Below, one piece after another: positions 19,967 through 28,377 of a stretch of DNA of 64,000 nucleotides (positions are counted from its first letter, which is position 1; every line of letters begins with the position of its first letter). Position numbers and translations under genes: made by a program. Below the pieces are notes generated by a model. The model saw only the letters and a program-made list of their open reading frames with translations. It made no database searches and was not told the DNA's origin. Where the stretch lies: NCBI GenBank assembly GCA_019636245.1, contig JAHBXX010000006.1:8496-72495 (forward strand), given 5' to 3'. The DNA comes from Planctomycetota bacterium (GTDB taxonomy: Bacteria; Planctomycetota; UBA1135; UBA2386).

Positions 19967-21199
19967 ATGTTCACCGCCATCCTGACCGGCGTCGTCGCCC
20001 TCACCGGAGTCATCGTGCTCCTGGTGCTGGTGCTGATGTTCTGCGAGAAGAAGCTCGTCCAGAAGGGCAAGGTCAAGCTGCTGATCAACGACGACCCGGC
20101 GAAGTCGCCCGAGGTCGACATCGGCAGCAACCTGCTGATGGCGCTCAGCGCGGAGAAGATCTTCCTGCCGTCGGCGTGCGGCGGGAAGGGCTCCTGCGCG
20201 ATGTGCAAGTGCCAGGTGTTCGAGGGCGGCGGCGACATCCTGCCCTCCGAGCTGACGCACATCAGCCGCAGCGAGGCGAAGGACCACTGGCGGCTCTCCT
20301 GCCAGGTCAAGGTGCGCGGACCGATGAAGGTCAAGGTGCCCGACGAGGTGTTCGGCATCCGCAAGTGGGAATGCGCGGTGCGCAGCAACCGCAACGTCGC
20401 GACCTTCATCAAGGAACTGGTCGTCGACCTGCCGCCCGGCGAGATCATCCGCTTCGAGTCGGGCGGCTACATCCAGATCGACGTGCCGGCCTACCAGGGC
20501 CTGAAGTTCAAGGACTTCGACATCGAGGAGCAGTTCCGCGGCGACTGGGACAAGTTCAAGCTCTGGGACCTGGTCGCCAACAACCCGGCGCCGTGCTTCC
20601 GCGCCTACTCGATGGCCAACCACCCGGCCGAGGGCAACATGGTGATGCTGAACATCCGCATCGCCACGCCGCCGCCGCGGCAGATGAACCTGCCGCCGGG
20701 CATCTGCTCGAGCTACGTGTTCTCGCTGAAGAAGGGCGACAAGATCACGATCTCGGGCCCGTACGGCGAGTTCCACATCAAGCAGACCGACCGCGAGATG
20801 ATCTACATCGGCGGCGGCGCGGGCATGGCGCCGCTGCGCAGCCACATCTTCCACCTGTTCCACACCGAGAAGACCAAGCGCAAGGTCAGCTACTGGTATG
20901 GCGCGCGCAGCAAGCGCGAGATGTTCTACACGGAGGAGTTCGAGGCGATCGAGCGCGACTTCCCGAACTTCAAGTACCACGTCGCGCTGTCGGAGCCGCA
21001 GCCGGAGGACAACTGGACCGGCTTCAAGGGCTTCATCCACCAGGTGGTCTTCGACAACTACCTGAAGGACCACCCGAACGTCGACGAGATCGAGTTCTAC
21101 CTCTGCGGACCGCCGATGATGAACAGCGCCGTGCAGAAGATGCTCGGCGACCTCGGCGTCGAGAAGGACATGATCGCGTTCGACGATTTCGGCGGCTAG
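19967..21199 (+). CDS. nqrF: Na+-NQR subunit F (2Fe-2S ferredoxin, FAD, NADH-binding)
   Basis: It has an N-terminal TM helix, the [12 protein letters not shown] 2Fe-2S motif, the RAYSMAN FAD motif and the [12 protein letters not shown] motif. Confidence 0.95.
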   Translation: MFTAILTGVVALTGVIVLLVLVLMFCEKKLVQKGKVKLLINDDPAKSPEVDIGSNLLMALSAEKIFLPSACGGKGSCAMCKCQVFEGGGDILPSELTHISRSEAKDHWRLSCQVKVRGPMKVKVPDEVFGIRKWECAVRSNRNVATFIKELVVDLPPGEIIRFESGGYIQIDVPAYQGLKFKDFDIEEQFRGDWDKFKLWDLVANNPAPCFRAYSMANHPAEGNMVMLNIRIATPPPRQMNLPPGICSSYVFSLKKGDKITISGPYGEFHIKQTDREMIYIGGGAGMAPLRSHIFHLFHTEKTKRKVSYWYGARSKREMFYTEEFEAIERDFPNFKYHVALSEPQPEDNWTGFKGFIHQVVFDNYLKDHPNVDEIEFYLCGPPMMNSAVQKMLGDLGVEKDMIAFDDFGG

Positions 21200-21240
21200 C
21201 GCCGCGCCGCGGCGCCGCCGCGATCGCCGCTCGCCCTCGT

Positions 21241-21272
21241 CCGCCCGCGCTGCCGAAGCAGGCTGCGGGCGG
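21241..21272. terminator. GC-rich imperfect hairpin between convergent genes (possible bidirectional terminator, no U-tract)
   Basis: CCGCCCGC (21241-48) pairs with GCGGGCGG (21265-72). An inner CTGC-cgaa-GCAG stem lies between them. The hairpin sits between the nqrF stop and the GT87 stop. Confidence 0.3.
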
Positions 21273-21299
21273 GCTGCGGCTCGTGCCGGCGCGGTCGCC

Positions 21300-22568
21300 T
21301 CAGGCGGGACTCGTGGCTTCGGTTGCCGTTGCCGGGCCCTGGCCCTCGCGCACCAGCCAGACCAGCAACGCCACGAGCGCGAAGTGCAGCAGCCCGCCGG
21401 CGTCGAGGCTGCGCCACAGGGTCTCGCCGAGCAGCTTCTTCTGGCGCAGCGTCAGCGCGAACAGCACGCCGCCGGCCGCGAGCCACCACAGGACGTCGCC
21501 GCGCCGGCGCGGGCCGCGGCAGAACAGGGCGAACGGCAGCATGGCGCCGGCCAGGTGGTAGACGCGCACCAGGGGCGCGAAGAACACGGTCGCGAGCAGC
21601 ACCGCAGCGGCCTGGAAGGCGATGCGTGCGGCGTCGGGGTGGCGGCGTGCGCCGAAGTACAGGGCCGCGAGCAGCGCCGCGATCGCCGCCGACCAGACCG
21701 CCTTGGCGACGGCGAGCGCCGTCGGCGAGAGGTCGACGAGGTTCGCCGTGTGGCCGTCGTGGTCGAACGGTCGCGCCTGCAGCAGGTAGTCGAGCGTGCC
21801 GCCGATCGACGGGCCGGCGTGGTGGCGCACGATCGCCGCCTGCCCGGGCTCGACCAGCGACGTCTGGATCGTGCGCACGAAGTCGCCGAGGTGGCGCAGG
21901 TGCTCGGCGGTGCCGCAGAACGGCCACGGCAGCACCAGCACGGCGCCGAGGAACGTGCCGAGCATCGCCAGCGCCGCGCGCGGCCGGCGCATGAGCGGCA
22001 GCGCCGGCAGGAACAGCAGCGGCGTCAGCTTCAGGGCCGCGGCGGCGCCGAGCCAGGCGCCGGCCCGGAGGTCGCGCCCGCGCTGCAGGTGCACGACGCC
22101 GATGGCGAGGCAGGTGCCGACCCAGAGGCTCAGCTGGCCGTGGGTGAGGTTCTGCGCCAGGCAGCGCTGGAACAGCAGGCCGAACGCCAGCCACTGCCAC
22201 GGCCGCAGACCGCCGAGCGGGGCCACCGCGCGCGCCGTGGCGCGCAGCAGCAGGGCGGTGCCGAGGCCCAGCAGGGCGCACCACAGCCAGCGGATCGCCG
22301 GCTCGGACAGCAGCCCCTGCAGGCCGGCGAACGGCAGCACCGCGCAGTGCGGGTAGACCCAGGGACCGGCCGGGGCGCGGTCGCGGTAGAGGTCGAAACC
22401 GCCGGCGCGGAACTCGCGGGCGACGTCGAGGTAGATGCCGAAGTCCGTGTAGGTGCCGATCAGGTTCCTGGCGGCCACCACGACGGCGGCGACGCCGCAG
22501 AGCCACGGCAGCCACGAGGACCAGCGAGCGGCGCCCGGAACGCCTCGGCGGAGCGACGGCATGCGCAT
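21300..22568 (-). CDS. polytopic membrane glycosyltransferase, GT87/DUF2029-like (GT-C fold)
   Basis: 422 aa with many TM helices. The early loop TDFGIYLDVAREFRAGGFDLY and KLTPLLFLP resemble the GT87/PimE-like family. Confidence 0.6.
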   Translation of the reverse strand: MRMPSLRRGVPGAARWSSWLPWLCGVAAVVVAARNLIGTYTDFGIYLDVAREFRAGGFDLYRDRAPAGPWVYPHCAVLPFAGLQGLLSEPAIRWLWCALLGLGTALLLRATARAVAPLGGLRPWQWLAFGLLFQRCLAQNLTHGQLSLWVGTCLAIGVVHLQRGRDLRAGAWLGAAAALKLTPLLFLPALPLMRRPRAALAMLGTFLGAVLVLPWPFCGTAEHLRHLGDFVRTIQTSLVEPGQAAIVRHHAGPSIGGTLDYLLQARPFDHDGHTANLVDLSPTALAVAKAVWSAAIAALLAALYFGARRHPDAARIAFQAAAVLLATVFFAPLVRVYHLAGAMLPFALFCRGPRRRGDVLWWLAAGGVLFALTLRQKKLLGETLWRSLDAGGLLHFALVALLVWLVREGQGPATATEATSPA

Positions 22569-22610
22569 TCTCTACCTCGCCGGTGCGGTGGATACGATGC
22601 CGGCCCGTCG

Positions 22611-23627
22611 ATGCGCCCGTCCTTCCGTCCGCCCCCCGCCGTGGTCGCCGTGTGGCTCGCGGGGCTCGCCGCCTGCGGCGGTCCGCCGCGCGTGCAGCAG
22701 TTCGGCGGTCCGACGATGGGTTCCTCCTACGAGGTCAAGTTCGTCGGCGCCGCGCCGCTGGCCTCGGTGCGCGCCGCGGTCGAGCACGAACTGGCCCGCT
22801 TCGACCTCGCCTTCAGCCAGTGGCGCGAGGACAGCGAGATCGCGCGCTGCAACCTCCACGCCAGCACGGCGCCGTTCCCGGTGTCGCCGCTGTTCGCCGA
22901 GGTGCTCGACCTGTCGCTGCGGCTGGCGGCCGCGACCGGCGGGGCCTTCGACCCGACCGTGAAGCCGCTGTCCGACCGCTACCGGGCGGCGAAGCGCGAA
23001 CCGGGCCGGCCCCTCGATCCCGCGGCGCTGGCGGCGCTGCGCGCGCACGTCGGTCACGGGCTGGTCGAGGTGCGCGACGGCGCCGTGCACAAGCGGCGCG
23101 CCGAGGTGCAGATCGACCTCGACGGCATCGTCGCCGGCGCCTGCGCCGACGCGATCGCCGCGCGCCTGCACGCGCTCGGCGTGCACGACTTCTTCCTGCA
23201 GATCACCGGCGAGGTGCTCGCGCATGGCGAGAAGGCGCCCGGGGTGCCGTGGGTCGCCGGGATCGTCGATCCGGCCGCCGATCTGGCGGGTGGCGAGGCC
23301 GCGATCCGCAGCCTGCCCCTGCGCGACCTGTCGCTGTGCACCAGCGGCGACTACCGCAACGCGGTGCGGGTCGGCGACGAGATCGTGCACCATGTGTTCG
23401 ATCCGCGCACCGGCGCCAATGCGCGCCACCGGGTCGTCAGCGTGTCCGTGCTCGCCCCCAGCGCCGCCGTGGCCGACGCCGTCGGCACGGCGCTCCTGGT
23501 CGCGGGCGACGAAGCGGCGGCGGCCGTGTGGCCGGCGCTGCAGGGGTTCGGCGTCGTCGGCGCCTTGTTCCTGGTCGGCGACGCGGCCGGTGGCCTGCGG
23601 CCGGTGGGGCTCTCGTGGCCGGAATGA
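22611..23627 (+). CDS. apbE: FAD:protein FMN transferase (flavin transferase ApbE), lipoprotein
   Basis: ATG at 22611 gives MRPSFRPPPAVVAVWLAGLAACGG (lipobox LAAC). Other motifs seen: GGPTMGSSYEV, GGAFDPTV, DLDGIVAG, LCTSGDY and VFDPRTG. Confidence 0.88.
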   Translation: MRPSFRPPPAVVAVWLAGLAACGGPPRVQQFGGPTMGSSYEVKFVGAAPLASVRAAVEHELARFDLAFSQWREDSEIARCNLHASTAPFPVSPLFAEVLDLSLRLAAATGGAFDPTVKPLSDRYRAAKREPGRPLDPAALAALRAHVGHGLVEVRDGAVHKRRAEVQIDLDGIVAGACADAIAARLHALGVHDFFLQITGEVLAHGEKAPGVPWVAGIVDPAADLAGGEAAIRSLPLRDLSLCTSGDYRNAVRVGDEIVHHVFDPRTGANARHRVVSVSVLAPSAAVADAVGTALLVAGDEAAAAVWPALQGFGVVGALFLVGDAAGGLRPVGLSWPE

Positions 23628-24520
23628 AGGCGATCGCGCTCGCGGCGGCGCTCGTCGCCGCGGGCTGTGCCGCGCTGCCGCCGGGGGCGCAGTGCCGTTC
23701 GCTGCTCGGTCGGCCGCTCGGCGAACTGCCGCTCGAACGGGCGCGCCGCGAGGCGCTCGAGCAGGACCTCGCCCGCGCCCGGCTCGCCGCCGCGGCCGCC
23801 CCCGACGACCGCGACGCCGCGATCTGGCTGGCGCGGCGGCTCGGCTACCTGGGCCGCTTCCGGGCCGCGGTGGAGGTGCTGTCCGCGGCGCTGGAGGTCC
23901 GGCCCGACGATCCGTTCCTGCTGCGCCACCGCGGCCACCGCTGGCTCACGCTGCGCGAGTTCGCGCGCGCCGTGCAGGACCTCGAACGCGCCGCACACGC
24001 CTGCCGGACCACGCCCGACGAGCTCGAGCCCGATGGGCAGCCGGTGCCCGGCCGGCCGCCGCACAGCACGCTGCACTACAACGTGCGCTACCACCTCGGC
24101 CTCGCGCACTTCCTGCGCGGCGACTTCGCCGGCGCCGAACGGGCCTGGCTCGCCTGCCTCGCGGTGGTCGGCAACGACGAATCGCGGGTGGCCGTAGTGC
24201 ACTGGCTGTGGTGCGCGCGCATGCGGCTCGGCGATCCGGCCGGGGCGGCGGCGGTCGTCGCCTCGATCGACGACACCATGGACGTGGTCGAGAACGTCGC
24301 CTACCTGCAGCTGTGCCTGTGCTACCAGGGCCGACGGCAGGCCGCGGAGCTGGCGCCGCGAACGGGCAGCGCGGGCAGCGCGCTGGCGTTCGGGCTGGCG
24401 CACCTGCAGCTCGTGCGCGGCGACCACCATGGCGCCCGGGTGGCGTTCGCGCGGCTGGCGCAGGAACCCAACTGGGCGGCGTTCGGCGTGATCGCGGCGG
24501 AGGCCGAGCTGACGCGCTGA
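23624..24520 (+). CDS. TPR-like lipoprotein, hypothetical
   Basis: ATG at 23624 overlaps the apbE stop (ATGA). MKAIALAAALVAAGCAAL carries a lipobox. The body is made of helical repeats. Confidence 0.65.
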   Translation: MKAIALAAALVAAGCAALPPGAQCRSLLGRPLGELPLERARREALEQDLARARLAAAAAPDDRDAAIWLARRLGYLGRFRAAVEVLSAALEVRPDDPFLLRHRGHRWLTLREFARAVQDLERAAHACRTTPDELEPDGQPVPGRPPHSTLHYNVRYHLGLAHFLRGDFAGAERAWLACLAVVGNDESRVAVVHWLWCARMRLGDPAGAAAVVASIDDTMDVVENVAYLQLCLCYQGRRQAAELAPRTGSAGSALAFGLAHLQLVRGDHHGARVAFARLAQEPNWAAFGVIAAEAELTR

Positions 24521-24559
24521 CCACTTGGCGCTCGCGAGCACCGCGTCCACCGGCCTAGC

Positions 24560-26122
24560 ATGCCGTCGATGTCTCCGGCTCCGTGGTGGCGGCCTGGCTG
24601 GCCCCTGCTCGTCGCGGTGGCGCTGCAGCTTGGCGTGCAGGCCGGACAGCTGCTGCTGACGCTGCGGGCGACCGGCGGCGAACTGGCCTACCCGCTGGAC
24701 GACGCCTACATCCACCTGGCGATGGCGCGCACGCTGGCGGAACACGGCGTGTTCGGCATCACCCCGCACGCCGTCGCCGCCTCGTCGTCGTCCCCGCTCT
24801 GGCTCGGCCTGCTGGCCGCCGGCGCCTGGGCGCTCGGCAGCGCCGTGTGGCTGCCGCTGGCGCTCGCGACCGCGGCGGCGTTGGCGCTGGTGGTCGCGGT
24901 CGATCGCGGCTGGCGGCGCCACGGGCTGGCCGCCGGGTGGCGCGCCGCCGGGCTCGGGGCGCTCGTCCTGCTCGTGCCGCTGCCGACGCTGGCCAGTACC
25001 GGCATGGAGCATGCGTTGCACGCGCTGCTGGCGCTCGGGTTCGTGGCCGCCCTGACGGCGGCCCTCGACGAGCCGGCGCGCGGCGGCCTGCGCCGTGCCC
25101 TGCTGCTCGCGCCGCTGCTCGCCGCCGCGCGGCTCGAGAGCGCCTTCCTGATCGCGCCCGCGGTGTGGCTGGTGGGGCGCCGGCGCGGCCTGTGGCCGGC
25201 GCTCGCGCTTGGCGCTGCCGCCGCGGCGCCGTGGCTCCTGCTCGGCGGGTGGTCGTGGTCCCAGGGCCAGTTCTTCCTGCCGAACTCGATCGTGCTGAAG
25301 AGCGGCCACGTGGCGATCCCCGGCCTGAGCCCCGCCGACCATGGCTGGAGCACGGGCGTGCGCGCCCTGGCCCGCCATGGCCATGCCGGCGTGCTCTTCG
25401 TGCTGCTGGCGTTCGCCGCCTGGCGGTCGCGCGGGCCGGCCGCGGCGCGGCTGCGCCCGGCGCTGGCGGTCGCCCTCGTCGGTCTGCTGCTGCACGCGCA
25501 GCTGGCGCGTTTCGGCTGGTTCTTCCGCTACGAGGCGTACCTGCTGGTCCTGGGGTTCGCCTCGGCGCTGCCGGCGCTGCACGGCGCGGCCACGGGCCTC
25601 AGGCCACGCGGCCGCCGGGCGCTCGCCCTGTTCGCCGTCGCCGGGCTGGCGGCGTTCGTGCCGCGGGCGTCGCGCGCGCTGCGGGATCCGCCGCGGGCGA
25701 GCCGGCACACGTTCCTGCAGAACGTGCAGGTCGCGCGCGTGCTGGCCGCGCATGGCGGCGGCGCCGCCGTGGCCGTGAACGACATCGGCGCGGTCAGCTA
25801 CCTCGGCCGGGTCCGCACCGTCGACCTGGTCGGGCTCGCCGACGTCGAGGTGGCCAGGGCCCGCCTCGCCGGCGCCTTCGACGCGGCCTTCGTGCGGCGG
25901 CTCACCGCGGCGCGCGGCTGCACGCTGGCGGTGGTCTACGAGGACTGGTTCCCCGGCCAGCTGCCGCCGGAATGGACCCGGCTGGCGCGCTGGACCGTGC
26001 CGCAGCCCTACTGGGGCGCCACGGTCAGCTGGTTCGTGATCGAGCCTTCGGCCGCGGGCTCCTGGCGGGCGGCCCTGGACGCGGCGGGGGAGGCCCTGCC
26101 GGGCGGGGTGCTCCGGGACTGA
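24560..26122 (+). CDS. polytopic membrane protein, putative GT-C-type glycosyltransferase with C-terminal soluble domain
   Basis: 520 aa. TM1 is followed by YPLDDAYIHLAMA, a first-loop DD motif typical of GT-C enzymes. About 9-10 further TM helices follow, then a ~130-aa non-membrane C-terminus. Confidence 0.55.
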   Translation: MPSMSPAPWWRPGWPLLVAVALQLGVQAGQLLLTLRATGGELAYPLDDAYIHLAMARTLAEHGVFGITPHAVAASSSSPLWLGLLAAGAWALGSAVWLPLALATAAALALVVAVDRGWRRHGLAAGWRAAGLGALVLLVPLPTLASTGMEHALHALLALGFVAALTAALDEPARGGLRRALLLAPLLAAARLESAFLIAPAVWLVGRRRGLWPALALGAAAAAPWLLLGGWSWSQGQFFLPNSIVLKSGHVAIPGLSPADHGWSTGVRALARHGHAGVLFVLLAFAAWRSRGPAAARLRPALAVALVGLLLHAQLARFGWFFRYEAYLLVLGFASALPALHGAATGLRPRGRRALALFAVAGLAAFVPRASRALRDPPRASRHTFLQNVQVARVLAAHGGGAAVAVNDIGAVSYLGRVRTVDLVGLADVEVARARLAGAFDAAFVRRLTAARGCTLAVVYEDWFPGQLPPEWTRLARWTVPQPYWGATVSWFVIEPSAAGSWRAALDAAGEALPGGVLRD

Positions 26123-26154
26123 AGCGCGGCGGCGCGAGGCCGGGCTGCCGCCTG

Positions 26155-26198
26155 AAAAAAAGCGGGCCTCGGTGAGGCACCACCCCACACCGAGGCCC
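26155..26198 (-). terminator. canonical rho-independent terminator (minus strand)
   Basis: Minus strand has an 11-bp perfect stem, GGGCCTCGGTG (26198->26188) with CACCGAGGCCC (26174->26164), and a 13-nt loop. GC and T7 (26161->26155) follow. This is the only 7-nt A/T run I noticed in the window. Confidence 0.8.
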
Positions 26199-26241
26199 AT
26201 CCCTGCCACTGGGCCCATGCCCAGGCGTTTCTTTCCACCGG
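26155..26241 (-). ncRNA. candidate sigma-54-dependent small RNA (~85 nt; 5' end estimated)
   Basis: Bracketed by the sigma-54 promoter at 26250..26266 and the terminator at 26155..26198. It contains an A-rich stretch (GGAAAGAAACG) and a hairpin CTGGGC-ATGG-GCCCAG. No ORF with a stop lies before the terminator, local GC drops, and no downstream gene lies on this strand. Confidence 0.5.
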
Positions 26242-26249
26242 CCCCACTC

Positions 26250-26266
26250 AAGCATGCGCCGTGCCA
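26250..26266 (-). promoter_or_regulatory. sigma-54 (RpoN) -24/-12 promoter candidate, orphan
   Basis: Minus strand reads TGGCACG-GCGC-ATGCTT. Against TGGCACG-N4-TTGCW it has exact GG-N10-GC spacing and only the first T of the -12 box mismatched. It lies in the 300-nt gap between convergent genes. Confidence 0.6.
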
Positions 26267-26358
26267 CTGCGGCCAGAATTGCCCGGGTTCTCGCAAGGCG
26301 ATGCCCAGCAAGGGAATGCAGCACGAGCCCGAGTTCGGCGGCTGGCCCGCCGCCCGCC

Positions 26359-26405
26359 GCCGTCGACGGCTCGCCACGGGATGCCGACGCCGCTGACGGC
26401 ATCCC
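26359..26405. promoter_or_regulatory. two palindromes ~95-140 bp upstream of the orphan sigma-54 promoter (possible activator binding sites, or a mazG 3' hairpin)
   Basis: GCCGTCGACGGC (26359-26370) is a perfect 12-nt palindrome. GGGATGCCG-N10-CGGCATCCC (26378-26405) has perfect 9-bp arms. Confidence 0.3.
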
Positions 26406-26423
26406 GACGGGGCGCCGCCGGCG

Positions 26424-27242
26424 TCAGCCCCCCGACCCGCCGGCGCGGCTCGCGGCCTTGGCGCGCTCCCAGGCGGCATCGAGTTCGGCCAGCGAACGGC
26501 CGCCGAGGTCGTAGCCGAACTCGGCCTCGATGGCGGCGAAGCGCTGCTGGAACTTGTCCGTGGTCGCCGCCAGCGCGACCTCCGGATTGACGCCCAGATG
26601 GCGGGCGAGGTTGCACAGGCTGAACAGGGCGTCGCCGAGTTCCTCGGCGATCGCGGCCGCCTCGCCGCCCGCGATCGCGGCGTCGAGTTCGCCCAGTTCC
26701 TCGTCGAGCTTCCCGCGCGGCCCGCGGCGGTCGGGCCAGTCGAAGCCGGCGCGGGCCGCCTTCTCGCCGACGCGGAACGCGCGCAGCAGCGCCGGCAGGG
26801 CGACCGGCACGCCAGCGAGCGCGCCGCGCCGGCCGTCGCCGGCCTCGGCGCGCTTGGTGCGTTCCCAGTTGCGGTAGGCCTGCTCGGCGCCGTCGACCTT
26901 CTGGTCGCCGAACACGTGCGGGTGCCGCCGCACCAGCTTGGTGGCGGCCGCGGCGGCGACCGCGTCGACGGCGAAGGCGCCGCGCTCGCCGGCGATCTGG
27001 CCGATCATGGCGACGTTGACCAGCACGTCGCCGAGTTCCTCGCGCGCGGCGGCGTCGTCGCCGCGCCGCAGCGCGTCGGCGGCCTCGAACGCCTCCTCGA
27101 CCAGGTGCGGTGCCATCGAGGCCGTGGTCTGCTCGCGGTCCCACGGACAGCCGTCGGGGGCACGCAGACGGGCGATCGTCGCCAGCAGGTGGCGGATCCC
27201 GGGCAGGTCCGCGGGCGGTCGGTCGCAGGGGTCGTCGGCCAT
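26424..27242 (-). CDS. mazG: nucleoside triphosphate pyrophosphohydrolase MazG (tandem MazG domains)
   Basis: ATG at 27242 gives MADDPCDR.... Motifs seen: CPWDREQT, EEAFEAADA, ELGDVLVNV, RRHPHVF, and in the second domain EELGDALFSLCNLARHLGVNPE. Confidence 0.9.
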   Translation of the reverse strand: MADDPCDRPPADLPGIRHLLATIARLRAPDGCPWDREQTTASMAPHLVEEAFEAADALRRGDDAAAREELGDVLVNVAMIGQIAGERGAFAVDAVAAAAATKLVRRHPHVFGDQKVDGAEQAYRNWERTKRAEAGDGRRGALAGVPVALPALLRAFRVGEKAARAGFDWPDRRGPRGKLDEELGELDAAIAGGEAAAIAEELGDALFSLCNLARHLGVNPEVALAATTDKFQQRFAAIEAEFGYDLGGRSLAELDAAWERAKAASRAGGSGG

Positions 27243-27380
27243 CGGCGCAGGGTAGCCGGCGGCCCGGCCGGCTGCTGCGGGGGGCCGGGATTCGGCGTGC
27301 GGCGCCGGGCAGGCGGCGTATCGTGGCGCCTCCTTGCGCCGCGCCGCCGCAGCCGCGTGGCACCGACTCCCGAGATTCCC

Positions 27381-27983
27381 ATGGCCATCGAACTTCCTCC
27401 CCTGCCCTACGCGCTCGACGCGCTGGCTCCCCACATCAACGCCCAGACCCTGTCGATCCATCACGGCAAGCACCACCAGGCCTACGTGACGAACGGCAAC
27501 AAGCTGATCGAAGGCACCGAGTTCGCAAGCAAGTCGCTGGTCGACATCGTCAAGGCGACCGCGGGCAAGGCCGACAAGGCGGGCATCTTCAACAATGCCG
27601 CGCAGGTCTGGAACCACACCTTCTACTGGCACTCGATGAAGCCGAAGGGCGGCGGCAAGCCGACCGGCGCGATCGCCGCGAAGATCGACGCCGACCTCGG
27701 CGGCTACGACAAGTTCGTCGAGCAGTTCAGCCAGGCCGGGGCGACGCAGTTCGGCAGCGGCTGGGCCTGGCTGGTGCTCGAGAACGGCAAGCTGGCGGTC
27801 AAGAAGACGCCGAACGCCGAGACGCCGCTGACGCAGGCCGGCTGCACGCCGCTGTTGACGATGGACGTCTGGGAGCACGCCTACTACCTCGACTTCCAGA
27901 ACCGCCGCCCCGACTACATCAAGACGTTCCTCGACCACCTGGTGAACTGGGACTTCGCCAGCCAGAACCTCGCCAAGGCGTGA
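27381..27983 (+). CDS. sodB: Fe/Mn superoxide dismutase (Fe-type by sequence context)
   Basis: MAIELPPLPYALDALAPHI...HHGKHHQAYV...FNNAAQVWNHTFYW...GWAWLV...DVWEHAYYLDFQNRRPDY. Confidence 0.93.
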   Translation: MAIELPPLPYALDALAPHINAQTLSIHHGKHHQAYVTNGNKLIEGTEFASKSLVDIVKATAGKADKAGIFNNAAQVWNHTFYWHSMKPKGGGKPTGAIAAKIDADLGGYDKFVEQFSQAGATQFGSGWAWLVLENGKLAVKKTPNAETPLTQAGCTPLLTMDVWEHAYYLDFQNRRPDYIKTFLDHLVNWDFASQNLAKA

Positions 27984-28017
27984 CGGCGCTGCCGGCCGGC
28001 GCCCAGGCGGTCTCGGC

Positions 28018-28377
28018 GTGACCTCGCATCGCAAGCGCAAGCAGAAGGCCCAGGCGCTGGGCCTCACCGCGGCCGAACTGCAGCTCTGCGAGCTGCTCGG
28101 CCAGGTGCTCGAGCTGCTGCGCTGGAACCAGGTGCTCGGCTACAGCAACCAGTACCTGCTGCACGAGCGGCTCGGCGTGCCGGCCGAGGAACGCCACCGC
28201 GTGATGCGCGCCGCCGCCGGCGCCGTCGAGCAGGATGGCCGCATCCAGGACTGGGGGCGGCGCCTGCTCGAGATCCAGGACGCGCTCGAACGCATCCAGG
28301 CGCGCCTGCAGGGCAACGACGGCGGCAGCGGCCATGGCAGCGGCAACGGGGCGGCGGAGGGCGCGCATGGCGGCTGA
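28018..28377 (+). CDS. hypothetical protein (119 aa)
   Basis: GTG start with strong G/C third-position bias throughout. The N-terminus is basic and the tail is Gly/Ser-rich. Its end overlaps the next gene by 11 nt. Confidence 0.55.
   Translation: MTSHRKRKQKAQALGLTAAELQLCELLGQVLELLRWNQVLGYSNQYLLHERLGVPAEERHRVMRAAAGAVEQDGRIQDWGRRLLEIQDALERIQARLQGNDGGSGHGSGNGAAEGAHGG

Noticed and set aside
26008-26402. Small ORFs in the mazG-downstream gap (26172..26396+, 26025..26402-, 26008..26247-).
   Set aside because: The sequences are not protein-like, and they overlap the promoter, hairpins and terminator. The frame starting at the ATG near 26217 (minus) reads through the terminator without a stop.
27324-27363. 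Two sigma-54-like strings upstream of sodB: TGGCGC-N4-TTGC (27324-27337) and TGGCAC at 27358-27363.
   Set aside because: The first has the wrong spacing (N4 instead of N5) and a degenerate -24 box. The second has no GC at the -12 position and sits only ~18 nt from the ATG.
27374-27383. A 10-nt match (GATTCCCATG) to the T-loop/acceptor junction of selC, found at the sodB start. It was considered as a possible att-type direct repeat marking an island inserted at tRNA-Sec.
   Set aside because: Only 10 nt match. The intervening ~19.6 kb carries core functions (nqr operon, apbE) and no integrase or mobility gene. Coincidence is the simplest explanation.
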